A stretch of DNA of 63,895 nucleotides, filler included, from Octopus bimaculoides (lineage: Eukaryota), in NCBI RefSeq assembly GCF_001194135.2. It is 5 parts of 5 records of this genome, joined end to end, with 100 filler letters (N's around TTAATTAATTAA, not from the genome) between each part and the next. Parts side by side here need not be neighbours in the genome. Positions count along the whole stretch, not along the records: positions 34,665 to 53,190 come from NC_068983.1; 4 more parts are not named here. One strand, 5' to 3'. Position numbers and translations under genes: made by a program. The notes beneath the pieces were generated by a model. That model did not search any database. It was given only the letters and a program-made list of their open reading frames with translations, and was not told where the DNA came from. Positions 38,664-51,722 of the stretch are shown piece by piece (the first letter of the stretch is position 1; the number at the start of each line of letters is the position of its first letter).

Positions 38664-41138
38664 CAAGGATATATATTTCAAGAATTTAACAAAAGCATAA
38701 CAAACAGAATATTTGACAAAATGCATAACAAGCAGAGCATTTGAGGAGAACATAACAAAAAGAAAATTCGTAGCTAATTTCTCATCACTCAACGCCTAAA
38801 AGATCATAACAATTTCTCGCCGTTATCGTTGATATTGTTCACTCTTGGTGGCGCCAGTTGCAAAAAGCCACTGGGAATACCAAACGAACATACAAGACAA
38901 TAACTAAAACAAACATGACAGACTAAAATAATTATAATAATTATCCATATACGACAAAAACCGTACGGTTACTAGGCAGACCAGCATGGTAACGTAAAGG
39001 AAAATGAAAATGTCTTATAGGACTAGAACTAGAGGATTGCAGATAGAAAGTCAGCACGAAGGAAGAAATAAACAAACCGTGTAGGAAAAAGGTGAAGGAG
39101 TACAAAGAAGCATAACGGACATGCTAAACGGCAAGTCGAAAAAAAGGATGATATTTAGATAGTCATGGGTTCGTGGTAGTGGGAGGAGAGAGAAAGAATC
39201 GTAGAGGGTAGAGGGACAGAAGCAACAGAGGAGAGTATTAGAGGGAAAGAGAGAGAGAGAAAGAGGAAGGTAAAAGAGAGCAAACAAAAAGAAACGGACA
39301 GCATTAAACATCGCACAAAAAATATTTCCAAGAATATCTTATAAAGGGTAAAAAATATAAGGAGTATGTTGCGTTACATAAATAATATTTTAAGGATTTA
39401 AGAAAAACACAAGCGGAAAATTCGTAGTTAATTCTTCATCAGTCCAAAGAATCATTACAATTTCCCACCGTTATTGTTGATATTGTTCACTCTTGGTGGC
39501 AGCAGTTATATGTGTGTGTGTGTGTGTGTGTGTGTTTGTGTGTATGTGTGTGTGTGTGTATGTATGTGTGTGTGAAAAAGAAGAACGAAAATGCTACTGT
39601 CTTAAAATTGTGTACGTTTTAATTTTCTTTTATATAAATACATTAAAAGAAGAATATATTGGTTTTGTTTTACATGTTTCAGTTTTTGAGAAACCTTATC
39701 AACAATAGAATATGAAGAGAGAAAAGAGCTATTAATAAAATTAAATTAAAATTACGATTAGCATTCATAGTTTACTTTCCTTTTTTCTGCAAGAGCACGT
39801 GGTAATTTCCGTTAATTTTCGTGGCATGACAAGTCGAACTGTCTGTGACCGCAAATTACTAATATATATATATATATGTATTTATGTATATATANNNNNN
39901 NNNNNNNNNNNNNNNNNNNNNNNNNNNNNNNNNNNNNNNNNNNNNNNNNNNNNNNNNNNNNNNNNNNNNNNNNNNNNNNNNNNNNNNNNNNNNNNNNNNN
40001 NNNNNNNNNNNNNNNNNNNNNNNNNNNNNNNNNATATATATAGTCTTTTGGACAACTGAGATGAAGATATTGTTTATTAAGGATTGCAGCATTTATTGTT
40101 TGTAATATTGTGTCAAAATTATCGTCGCTTCAAACTGCGACCTGGTTACTAACAACGTTGCTATACGTGCATCGAAGAATGTGGCACAAATGTTTGACAA
40201 TGAAATTTACGCGATAGAAGATAAGGACAAAGAACAAACTCAAACATGTTCAAATCTTTATCAGTTGTTGAACAAATATGATTACAATTTTGAAACCTTC
40301 CGACAATAGAATATAATTTAATTTCGTGGTATCAGTAACGTAAGCAGCTGCAGTATAGACAAGTAGATATGATAAACAAAGAAGGAGAAAAAGTATGCAG
40401 ACAAGGACAGCACCAGGAAAAATAATGTGTGCAAACCGAATGGTAAATAATGATTGGTAATGAAGAGAACGTGAATAAAAGCAAAAATTAGCAAACGTAT
40501 AGACAAGGACAGTAACAGAATATCTAAGGCCAGCGGACCATATGGGAATGATTAACAGTGAGTAAAGGGGAAAGTACAAAGTAAAATTATATATATATAT
40601 ATNNNNNNNNNNNNNNNNNNNNNNNNNNNNNNNNNNNNNNNNNNNNNNNNNNNNNNNNNNNNNNNNNNNNNNNNNNNNNNNNNNNNNNNNNNNNNNNNNN
40701 NNNNNNNNNNNNNNNNNNNNNNNNNNNNNNNNNNNNNNNNNNNNNNNNNNNNNNNNNNNNNNNNNNNNNNNNNNNNNNNNNNNNNNNNNNNNNNNNNNNN
40801 NNNNNNNNNNNNNNNNNNNNNNNNNNNNNNNNNNNNNNNNNNNNNNNNNNNNNNNNNNNNNNNNNNNNNNNNNNNNNNNNNNNNNNNNNNNNNNNNNNNN
40901 NNNNNNNNNNNNNNNNNNNNNNNNNNNNNNNNNNNNNNNNNNNNNNNNNNNNNNNNNNNNNNNNNNNNNNNNNNNNNNNNNNNNNNNNNNNNNNNNNNNN
41001 NNNNNNNNNNNNNNNNNNNNNNNNNNNNNNNNNNNNNNNNNNNNNNNNNNNNNNNNNNNNNNNNNNNNNNNNNNNNNNNNNNNNNNNNNNNNNNNNNNNN
41101 NNNNNNNNNNNNNNNNNNNNNNNNNNNNNNNNNATATA

Positions 41139-41444
41139 TGCCTCCTTGAGGTCGCAGATATTTTGAAGTAACTTTTTTCTACTGAACCAAATCTCAAACT
41201 ATTTATGCCAAAGTGTAGCTGAGGAGGTGTCCTCTTTAAAACTATTAACAGTCTGCAATTTAGTTGAAGCATGGAAGCTGCTGCGATTGATGAAATGGTG
41301 GACTTAAGAATATATATATATAAATTGCAGACTGTTAATAGTTTTAAAGAGGACACCTCCTCAGCTACACTTTGGCATAAATAGTTTCAGATTTGGTTCA
41401 GTAGAAAAAAGTTACTTCAAAATATCTGCGACCTCAAGGAGGCA
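41139..41444. repeat. Near-perfect inverted repeat: about 123-bp arms, 58-bp spacer
   Basis: 41139-41262 is the reverse complement of 41321-41444 with about 2 differences. It lies at a contig edge. Confidence 0.9.
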
Positions 41445-41704
41445 GTAAGGGAAATATTCATCTTCAATTAACATAAACTTTTTAAATTTTAAATTAAAAG
41501 TATACCGTATAGCTTTCTTAGTTTAAAATGATATAAAAATGCATGAGGAACTCAGAATCTCTAGTCGCATTGAACAAAAATTAGTAGAAGAAGAGTCATG
41601 AGGTAAAATGTTACGAAATTTCATGTTAGTAAGGAAGTAAGGGAGTAACGCTTAAGCAATAAGAATAATGGATATATTTCTAAAATGAATGCTTCCTGTT
41701 ATAA

Positions 41705-42135
41705 GGCTGCCAGCTGGCAAAAACGTTAGCGCCGGGCAAGATGCTTCGTAGTATTTCGTCTTCCTTTACGTTATTGAGTTCAAATTTCGTCGAGGTCGAC
41801 TTTGACGTACAGATTATTTAATAAATTGTTTTTTTAACTAAACACTTTCAAACTTCCGATACTGGTAGAATATATCACATAGAACAGAGTTTATTCTTAA
41901 CGTTTTCGACTAAATTTTGTATTTTAGAAGCGGTATTTCGCCTGTCTTTACGTTCCGAGTTCAAATTCCGCTGAGGTCGACTTTGCATTTCATCCATTTC
42001 GGATCTATTCAATTAGACGTACAGATTAATTTTTTTGTTTTTAACTAAACACTTTCAAACTTCCGATACTGGTAGAATATGTCACATAGAACAGGGCTTA
42101 CTCTTACGTTTTTGACAAAATTTTGTATTTTAGAA
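41705..42135 (+). repeat. Family-A SINE fragments inside a diverged tandem duplication of about 200 bp
   Basis: SINE core + gacgtacagatt...aaacactttcaaacttccgatactggtagaatat...ttttgtattttagaa occurs twice (about 41750-41928 and 41932-42135). Confidence 0.8.
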
Positions 42136-42819
42136 TTTATTTCGTCATAAGTTACAGAGTGACAATGGACAAATTCGTGTTTGATACGTGCCAATACACG
42201 AAACTCTCAGCTTTTGACTTACTCTCTAACTTCTGCCGATGATATATATATACATATTACATATATGTGTAATAAAATCTCATCAAGCAATCGAACCAAT
42301 GAGAGAAACTCTACCTGGTCGCTCGACACGCTAGAAATAGCAGCCAAAGTATCCCCCTACCTAAATCACATGCCCATTGTATATAATGTCCTAGATTATC
42401 CCTAAAAGGACGGTTTGTTGAAGGCTGGAATGTCTTCGATTATACGTTTGCAGTAACAGGGTTTATTTGAGGCTAAATAACAACAACATTATGGTCAATT
42501 TCTGTATTAACTCGCACGATTTTCACTAAGAAAAGAAAATTGATTTTTTGCATGGTGTCAAGTACCCTGACCTCCTAATATGCTGCAAATCCCTTATTTC
42601 GGTTCGGTAAGTGATGATAATATTTCAATTTTTTTCATGTTTAATTTAAATATATGTTGTGATTGAATTATTTGATATTACCCATCCACACCAAATTAAT
42701 GGCAGGGATTTTTACCATGTTCTTGTTTGCACCATGGCTCACCAAAAGTTAAAAACAAGACCCCAAAACCACCAGTTACCAGGCTCACCTTAAGTAACCT
42801 AATATTGCAATATCAGGAG

Positions 42820-43730
42820 GTTACAGGAATTCATTCAACGAAAAAAAATTTCCAATGATTCCGGGATTGGAGGTGTGGAATCCCCACCTCATTTTTCCGA
42901 ACCGAAATCTAGGGAAGAAGACTACTTTACCAATCTGGGCCACCAACCATTCTACTGAATGCCAGCTCCTGGCCAGTCCCAAGCAGTTTATCAATTTGCA
43001 AGTATCTGTCAACGTGTTGTGAACCGGTTCAACTTCCACACGCGTCCCCGACATTTCAACATCTCCTCGGCCGAACTCGCGGCCCTTCGATGTCTCCGGT
43101 GACGCAATGATATTATCATCAACGACCGACAAGCGTTGAACGGTAGTGGTGTGGCATGCAGACCTTTAAGAACTTCCTTCTATTACCCTCTGCCCTCCAA
43201 CCTCACGTCTAACTACCAACAGACTGTGTCTTCCACTATTCATGACCTCATTTCCTCTTCCCATCTTCCTCCCGCCGCCTCCAAACTCATTGCCCGTACC
43301 ACACGCACCCCCACTATTTACTACCTTCCTAAAATCCACAAGCCCAACAACCTTGACCACCCCGTCGTCTCCTCCTGCAACTTCACTCCGAAATTATTTC
43401 CATGTACCTCGATCGTGTCTTGCCCACCCCCAATCATGCTCTCGTCTGTTTAACTCTTCCCTTCCCTTCTAACCCTTCTCAACTTCTGTTCACTCCCGAC
43501 ATTAAATACAAGGTCATCTCGTCGTGTTGTTCCGTTGAACTCTGCACATTTTTTTTCGGTTTTTTTTTTTTTTCATTCCCTGTCCGTTATTTTCCTCCTC
43601 AATCCTTTCTGTCGACGAGCGTAGGTTCGAAACATGAAAGACTTTCCATTCTTCCCGAGCGTTAAACAAATACACCTGTTTGTTGTTCCTACAACTGTCT
43701 TGGTCTTTTGTTTTCTGTAAATTTGAACTA
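42820..43730 (+). mobile_element. Penelope-like element: RT N-terminal remnant plus pseudo-LTR
   Basis: NISSAELAALRCLR*RNDIII, TPTIYYLPKIHKPNN..HPVVSSC and EIISMYLDRVL; LPKIHK is a PLE hallmark. A decayed hammerhead-like motif lies at about 43605-43640. Confidence 0.8.
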
Positions 43731-43835
43731 TATATNNNNNNNNNNNNNNNNNNNNNNNNNNNNNNNNNNNNNNNNNNNNNNNNNNNNNNNNNNNNNNNNN
43801 NNNNNNNNNNNNNNNNNNNNNNNNNNNNNNNNNNN

Positions 43836-43878
<43 letters not shown>

Positions 43879-44472
43879 GAAGGGGTGTAGGGAGTAGCAA
43901 AACAGAATCACACCACCATAGTAAAGCAAATTGAATTACCAAATAGCTGTAGGCGTGGAGCCTTGCTGTTGAGTTGGGTGATAATGACGAAAGAGAAAAC
44001 AAAACAAAATGTCTGATAATGAGTTTTTAAACTCGAAAACCCTCAAGATTTAACAGCCTAACCATCAACAAGACTCCAGTCTACAGTTAACTGATAATTT
44101 AATTTACTTCCATGTGTGATTCTGTTGCGCTAGTCTTTTTTTAATTTTTTTTAAAATTTATTTATTATTTTTTTTAAAGAAAAGCTCTACAGTTGTATTT
44201 GTCCCCTCTATGTGCAGCTCTGTGTGGCTAATAAAAGAAAGTTATCTATCTATCTATCTATCTATCCTTTAATTCTACTATTTTGAGATTCTCTCTACCT
44301 TTGCAGCCATCTTTTCTCATTTTCACTTATATAGCCTTTATTTCCTTGTCGATCTTTCCTTCTCGCTCCTTCTAATCATCTCTTTATCAACCTATAAGCA
44401 TACTTACTCATGTATATAATTATTCATCCCTCCATCTGTTTATCTATTTAACTAGTTAGTTTTCTATCTACC

Positions 44473-44522
<50 letters not shown>

Positions 44523-44989
44523 TATTTACATATATACAACTATCTGTCAGCCTCTTCTGTCCGTTCTTCTGATTAAATACTTAAAACCAAAGCTAACGAA
44601 GCATCTAGTAACTATTATATTAATGTTTTCTACCTTGTCATTTTATTCTGACAATGCTATAAATCGTAGTTAACTACACTGAATTTAGAAACGCGTACGC
44701 ACGCTCAAATGCACATCTTTGCATGTATATAGGTAGGTACGTATATATGTAACTATGGGTGTGGAGTATCGTGGATAAGTGAAAGAACTACTTGCGTCGC
44801 TAACAACGTTGACCCACAATAATAACTAGCCAGGGTTGCTTACTAGAAGAAACAATAAAAGGAAAAACAGGTTCAGTTTTACAAAGAAGCAATAGCAAAC
44901 GGTAGCGTTGCATATAAGCCGATTAAAGTATTGTAAGGACTGCATGTGGCTGTAGCGCAACCTTGCTGTACGACACGATATGCCTATGG

Positions 44990-45420
44990 CATTGACGATG
45001 GGATAGAGAATTGATTTGATCCAATACAGATTTGGTTGAAATCTAGTCGTGATGTTTAGCAGCTAGTGCAAGAACGAAAAATTTGACGAAAAATTATGAA
45101 TACAAGGAAATAACAGATCTCTTCATATTGAAAGCAGGAGTTGAAAACATTAAAAGAGTCTAAATAATTATATACATCCTAAAATGTTGGAGGAAATGAA
45201 ATTTGAGAATATAAAGAAAATGATTATGTCGTCGGTGAGAACATAGAAGCTGGCTATTGCTGAAAGATAATTTTTTTTTAAAGGAAATGCCGTTAGAAGC
45301 TATTCAAAATATATTAAAAGATTAAGAGTTGTCCATTTTTGTGAATTTAACAAGTTTGCGGGTGAAAGATAATCTGTAGAGGATGAGATTATACATATGC
45401 AACTGAGAGATGGATATTCA
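44990..45420 (+). mobile_element. Gypsy gag-like remnant
   Basis: ITDLFILKAGVE, MKFENIKKMI, LAIAER and CEFNKF...EDEII resemble decayed Gypsy gag as I recall it. Many stops. Confidence 0.35.
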
Positions 45421-45479
45421 AACCTCTTTCATCGGTCTAAAATACAACAAACATTTTACAAACGTTTAGTCCTGTTGTT

Positions 45480-46010
45480 GAAAGGTACTGTGTCAGGTAA
45501 AATATTGCTTCTTTTAAGCAATGCACCATACCAAGTGAACTTAATGATTTTATGTTTTTATGATATATCCCCAATAACACAACTAATGGATCAAGGCGTA
45601 TTATATGAGATTTTTTTAAACAACTCATACAAAGAATTAACGGAAAAGATAAACCTGCGGTCTGAGACTTCTGAAAAATAATCAACGTGATGGGCGCTGT
45701 GGATAATGTAGATTGACTATAGTTTGAAGCGAAGGCCGCTGCTTTGAATAATGTTTAGCCGAACATATTGCCACGCTACATCCAGGACTGTACTGGTTTT
45801 CTACCAGTAGAAAATTTGTATGATGTTTAGCGAAATATTTTGATACTGGTACATGAAGGATTTAAATGATGGATAATGTAACTGAGTTGCTACAATCCCA
45901 CAGAGAACGTTTGTCTAATGAAGAGCTGGTGCCTTTAGAACAAGAGCAAATGCAGGACAAAAGGAAGATATAGAAGCTCCGTCCATTCCACTATAGTTGA
46001 AATACGATAA
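45480..46010 (+). mobile_element. Tigger/pogo DDE-domain remnant
   Basis: KILLLLSNAP corresponds to KILLLLDNAP, and PITQLMDQGV to PNTTSLIQPMDQGV. Confidence 0.6.
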
Positions 46011-46313
46011 AGAAATACGATAGCTAAAGTGCTTGCAAGTATTTTCCCATTACTATCCTAATTAGGAATGTAACATGAAAATTAGAAGTGAAGTTCCTGA
46101 TAAATTCAGTCTCTTCACAGAACTCTACAAGGTAGGAGATTGCACCCCTCTTCCTTCCATTAACTCACACTATTCCTCTCATCACATAGCTGTTAGTATC
46201 TTTTGTAGTAAGTACCTTCCCACGATATTTTTACGTTCTTATATTTCCCTTAAGTATTTATTTCTCTTATTGTATTATCTATAAAAGTTGTTATATTGCA
46301 TTTTTTCCGAAAG

Positions 46314-46420
46314 AATTCTATCGGCACGGATAGGTATGTCTAGATAGGCAACTATATGCATGAGAATGCATACATAAAACATACAAATCTGCACATACAT
46401 ACATGCGTGCCGATAGAATT
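46314..46420 (+). mobile_element. 77-bp R4-type 3'UTR fragment between perfect 15-bp inverted repeats
   Basis: 46329-46405 matches 51551-51625. aattctatcggcacg (46314-46328) and cgtgccgatagaatt (46406-46420) are reverse complements. Confidence 0.8.
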
Positions 46421-47394
46421 TATATCACTGGAATCAATGGTAAAATAGATATTGTACTAATTCCACGTTGCAAAATTTTCAGAAACTTAATGGTTCTCGT
46501 GGGTGGTCTGCATTTCTAGGCTTATTATTCGACAAGAAACAAAATAAAAAAACAAGAAAAGAAAACCGAGAAGAAAATTTTCCGCAACTCAATATGCTCA
46601 TAGAAAGTTTAACTTCCAATACGTAGTAATTTGTTAGGCTTCAAAATCATATTTCTTCGATAGTTCGTGACAACAAAACACTCGACAAAACATGTCGGAA
46701 CTCTTGTACTTGAGATTCTGTCTAAACCCATAATCTTTCGTTTTTCACAATGGTTTTCCTGCGAAAACAACACAATATGCTAGCAACTATTAATCATTTA
46801 GTCTGCACAGGACGATCTTGGATGATACTTCTAGTACTTCAGCCCCGTGATATGAGAAATCATATATCATGTGATGAAGTAAAAAATCTTGCTGCAGATT
46901 CATCATTTAACAAATTTAATGCCACGATATCGTTACATTTCGTGTTCATCTTGTCTTGAGATTCCAAATTGATATGCGTTATCGTATGTTTCTTTACAGA
47001 CACAACAGAGGCTGCAAATTCTATACGTATTGTACCATTAAATTAAGAATGTTACTAATTAATCAGTATGCATTTTAGTAGTTTTATTTTTGTGTGCTTT
47101 TGTCATTAGATTATCGAGATATGACAATTAAGCATTATGATTCATTTAAGAAAAGTAGTTAATTAGCGTAACAAAATATATCAGTGAAGGCAAAACTGAA
47201 AAGTGGACCACGACGTCAGAAATTTGAGTACAGCCCTGAGTGTGTAAGTGTGTGTATGTGTGTGTGTATGTGTGTGTGTGTGTGTGTGTGTGCATGCGCG
47301 CGTACGTATGTACTGTGTTGTATGTATATAGGTTTTTTTCTCTCTGTTTATATGAGTGTATCGAAATGATTACGCTTGGATGCATATATGAAGT

Positions 47395-47565
47395 GACTGT
47401 GTGGTAAGTAGCTTGCTTAGCAACCGCATGGTTCTGGGTTCAGTCCCACTGCGTGGCACCTTGGGTAAGTGTCCTCTACTATAGCCTCGGACCGACCAAA
47501 GCCTTGTGAGTGGATTTGGTAGACGGAAACTGAAAGAAGACCGTCGTATATATGTATATATATAT
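47395..47565 (+). mobile_element. tRNA-derived SINE family B ending in (TA)n
   Basis: tgtgtggtaagtagcttgc...ggttctgggttcagtcccactgcgtggcaccttgg...gacggaaactgaaagaag.ccgtcgtatata. Confidence 0.82.
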
Positions 47566-48779
47566 ANNNNNNNNNNNNNNNNNNNNNNNNNNNNNNNNNN
47601 NNNNNNNNNNNNNNNNNNNNNNNNNNNNNNNNNNNNNNNNNNNNNNNNNNNNNNNNNNNNNNNNNNNNNNNNNNNNNNNNNNNNNNNNNNNNNNNNNNNN
47701 NNNNNNNNNNNNNNNNNNNNNNNNNNNNNNNNNNNNNNNNNNNNNNNNNNNNNNNNNNNNNNNNNNNNNNNNNNNNNNNNNNNNNNNNNNNNNNNNNNNN
47801 NNNNNNNNNNNNNNNNNNNNNNNNNNNNNNNNNNNNNNNNNNNNNNNNNNNNNNNNNNNNNNNNNNNNNNNNNNNNNNNNNNNNNNNNNNNNNNNNNNNN
47901 NNNNNNNNNNNNNNNNNNNNNNNNNNNNNNNNNNNNNNNNNNNNNNNNNNNNNNNNNNNNNNNNNNNNNNNNNNNNNNNNNNNNNNNNNNNNNNNNNNNN
48001 NNNNNNNNNNNNNNNNNNNNNNNNNNNNNNNNNNNNNNNTATATATATATATATATTCATATATATATATACATATATATGTATACATATATGTGGTATT
48101 TTTATCAATATCGATGTATGTATAGATGTGTATGTACATGTGTGTGTATGTGTGCGCGTACGTGCATATGTTAAACCCAATAAACATACATTATTCTATT
48201 ACGTAATACAAGCAGAACCTCAAACAAGTGAAATTTTACACAAGTGCAATGGCAAAAAATAATCAATAGAATATAATTTAACAACTTTGTATAAAACTTA
48301 CGTTGGAAAGATAATTATTTTTTCTTCACCCACATTTTTATTGTCAGAAGGTTTTCTGCAAAATGATCACCATACATTAATTCCTTCGTATATCTTCAAC
48401 CATTTAAATACATACAAAATTGTTCTAATTTAATCATTTCATTTTACTTCTATGCAATTTTCTTTAACATTACATCAGAGTTTTATTTGGTTTCTTCTTT
48501 GTTGTCTCAAGACACTTTTAAGAAGATTTCACTTTCTATTTTTTGTCTCTTTGTGACAGTATTTTGAGTTATGCTTCATTTCTTTCTGTTGTCTATTTTC
48601 TTTCTTCTCTTTTCAGCAAATTTTAAATATTTAATTTTTTTCAAAACTAAGACTTGTAAATATATGATGTATGTATATGTGTGCATGTGTGTTTGTGTGT
48701 GTATGTGTATTTGCAATCTTATACATTCTTAGATGTGCAAAATTTTTATCGTTGTCCTCGAAATTCTGTGAGGACGTGT

Positions 48780-49000
48780 AATCTCGTACTTTAGGCGTTG
48801 CACACGCGATCGCAATATCATGGTTTCGATTCTCAGTCCAGCAGTGCGCCAAAGGTTTTCAGTTCACGTTGCTCCAGTCGACTCAACTGTCAATGAGTAA
48901 CCCATCGACGAACTGGAATGCCGTCCATGTGTTACATCCGTCACTTATACGCCATGTAAACCGAATAAGCGGACCTGTAAATCCAAGAACTCGAGACAGT
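48780..49000 (+). mobile_element. Older SINE with a tRNA-like head
   Basis: ggtttcgattctcag B-box-like motif followed by a gctccagtcgactcaactg body. Confidence 0.45.
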
Positions 49001-49993
49001 AATTAAATTATTTGTATTTCATAAGATAGAACACATCTTTTCTACTGAACAACACATGTTAAAATTAAATCATTCGAACGACGCATGATATTTTGAATTT
49101 TAAAAATCGGTTTCCTTTAATATTAATTATATGTCTTAAATTTTCTTATTCTACTAGTTACATGTAGGAATTTTAAATATAGTCATAATTGGTTGTTTTT
49201 ATTTCTGCAGTTTTTTTTTTTTTTTAATTTATCATCGTTTTTTCACTTTTTATAATGCAATTTCAGTCAACAGAACAATAACATATTTCAGAAAAAATGT
49301 ATTTAAATACGATTTTATAGTATACATCTTATCTACTTATATATATATAAAATTATATAATCATACATATGTCTGTGACGCAATATAACTAGTAAAACCA
49401 CACGCTCATAATTACTTCGTGTTTACATTTGAAAATTATGTTCTTAATTTATATACGTATGTGCATGGAAGTGTATTAACCGGATCATTCCCACGGCGTG
49501 ATTCATAATAGCATCTATTAGAAAACATACATTGAAACTCAATAGAAAAGCAAGTGTGTTTTTTTTTGTTTTTGTTTTTAATTGCGATAATAAATTTCAC
49601 ATCGTAGATAAATGTATATAAGTCTCTTGCATCATGTTGTCTCTTTAAAATATGCTGCCCAAACTACCAAGTTTGTTCTTCACAGACTTGATCAAACTGT
49701 ATTTCATGGGTACTAAAAAATTGTTTTATATTCTTTCAGAGTCATGTATAATTCCCAGTCTCCTATATGTCAAGCTGCTGCTAATGTATATACATGCAAA
49801 CTCACGCACACATACATATATTCATATACATACCAATACAAACACACACACCCACACACACACGCACACGCAAGCACACGCACACGCAAGCACACGCACA
49901 CGCACGCACACTCACAGACACACACACATATATATAATGTACTGTTCCTAGATAGTAAGATCAACAAAAAAGCACTCCATCTGGTGAGATAAA

Positions 49994-50242
49994 TATTATC
50001 TAATAAACACAGTACGTGTTTTATGTGCTACTAATAGATTCATGTCCTGAGAACATGCTAAACAATGTTTTATAACACGTCTGACATCTCGGTACAGGTA
50101 TTAGACGCAGACCACATGGAATAACGAACTATGAGGATTGTGGTGAGATGTCAGACGTGTTATAAAACATTGTTTGGCATGTTCTCAGAACATGAAACTA
50201 TTAGTAGCATATAAAAGCATGTATTGTGTTTATTAAATAATA
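49994..50242. mobile_element. TA-flanked MITE with about 97-bp TIRs
   Basis: 49994-50090 versus 50145-50242; the inner 44 bp have one mismatch. Confidence 0.82.
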
Positions 50243-50348
50243 TATATATGTATACATACATATACACACACATACATATATACATATGCACACACATATA
50301 CATACATACATACATACATACATGCATACATACATACATACATACATA

Positions 50349-51722
50349 TGTGCTTGCAGTGCCCGTACTCATACCAATATTTGGGCTGCTTGATTGGACG
50401 CTTGACGAGATCCGAGCCATTGATGTGAAAACCGGAAAAATACAAACTAGCACACATAAACAGTGACATAGACTGTCTCTACCTGAAACGAAAACAAGGT
50501 GGCAGAGGCTTAACATCAATCTAAAATGCCTTTGAATGTCGCATCCTATCTCTTCGGCAAGATCTTTTAACCATCAAGTGTCAAAGTGCATCCCTTAACC
50601 AAGTTTGCATACATGAGGCTGATAACATCATAAGACTTGGAAGGCAGCTCTTTGTCTGATAACGTAGAATACATGCCCAAAGAAGTCGCACGACTCTTCC
50701 GCAACATATCATCAGATGAAAGGATGAGCGTATATGAGCAGAAGACTATGCATGGCTGTTAGTAGAAAGCTTCGTGCTGATAGTAACATCGATCATCTCA
50801 GCAGTTTATCATAGATGAATAGCCGGATTATTACCTCCCACATTGAAGGCTATGCGTTTGCAATCCAGGAACAGGAAATATCAATCCAGTACCTGATGCG
50901 CAAAAGGGATAGAGATGCAGGAAAAGCCATAAAATGTGACAACCGATACACACTTTGTGGAGTGGGTTCACACTGAAGATATCACCCACATCATAAGCAG
51001 TTGTCCGAAAATGTCATCACGTATTATCTACCGATGAGACATGACGTTGTAGCTAAGGCACTCTGTAATGAAATCCGTCGAAAGGATAATCCCGAGGACA
51101 AAGAAATGAGAACCCACAATATGGTAGAAGCTATAGCCGCTCATAATAAAAAGGAATACTGGTGGAATGTACAAGTGAAGATCTGAATATAATGTAAGCA
51201 CAACAGACCTAATGTAATGATTTGGGATAGAGAAGAGAAACTGTGCACAGTTGTGGAAATCAGCTGCCTAGCGGATGATAACATGAAACTGAAGATCAGT
51301 GAAAAAGAGAATACCTATGCTGAACTATTGAGAAATCTGCAGATACTCTTTCCAGATTACAAGTTCAGGTTTATACCTGTAATTATTGGTGTCCTGGGAT
51401 ATGTAACACACTGCCTAAATACCAATTTTGAGGAATTAGGCTTCTCAAAACCAGAAAGGAGAAAGCTGATTCGAAGACGGCAGATCCAATCCATCACGGG
51501 AACTGTAAAAATCTGTAAAATTTTCCAGAAGTTTATCATTTAAACATATATGAGCATGTCTAGATATGCAACTATATACACGAGAATGCATACATAAAAC
51601 ATACAAATCTACATACATACATACATACATACATACAAAAATACTCTGTTGTTGATGTTATCTAGGTTAGAAAGTGGTTCTTTCTCTATTGGCAAGAAAT
51701 CTTGAAATAAACTGAATAATGA
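50349..51722 (+). mobile_element. 5'-truncated R4/Dong-type retrotransposon (thumb, zinc-knuckle remnant, RLE, 3'UTR) in (CATA)n
   Basis: VLAVPVLIPIFG, LYLKRKQGGRGL, EGYAFAIQEQEI, RHDVVAK, HNRPNVMIWD...VEISC...KENTYAEL, IPVIIGVLG. (CATA)n on both flanks. Confidence 0.85.

Noticed and set aside
47395-47470. tRNA-like A/B boxes here and in other SINE heads
   Set aside because: No cloverleaf is evident and the sequence continues into SINE body, so these are not tRNA genes.
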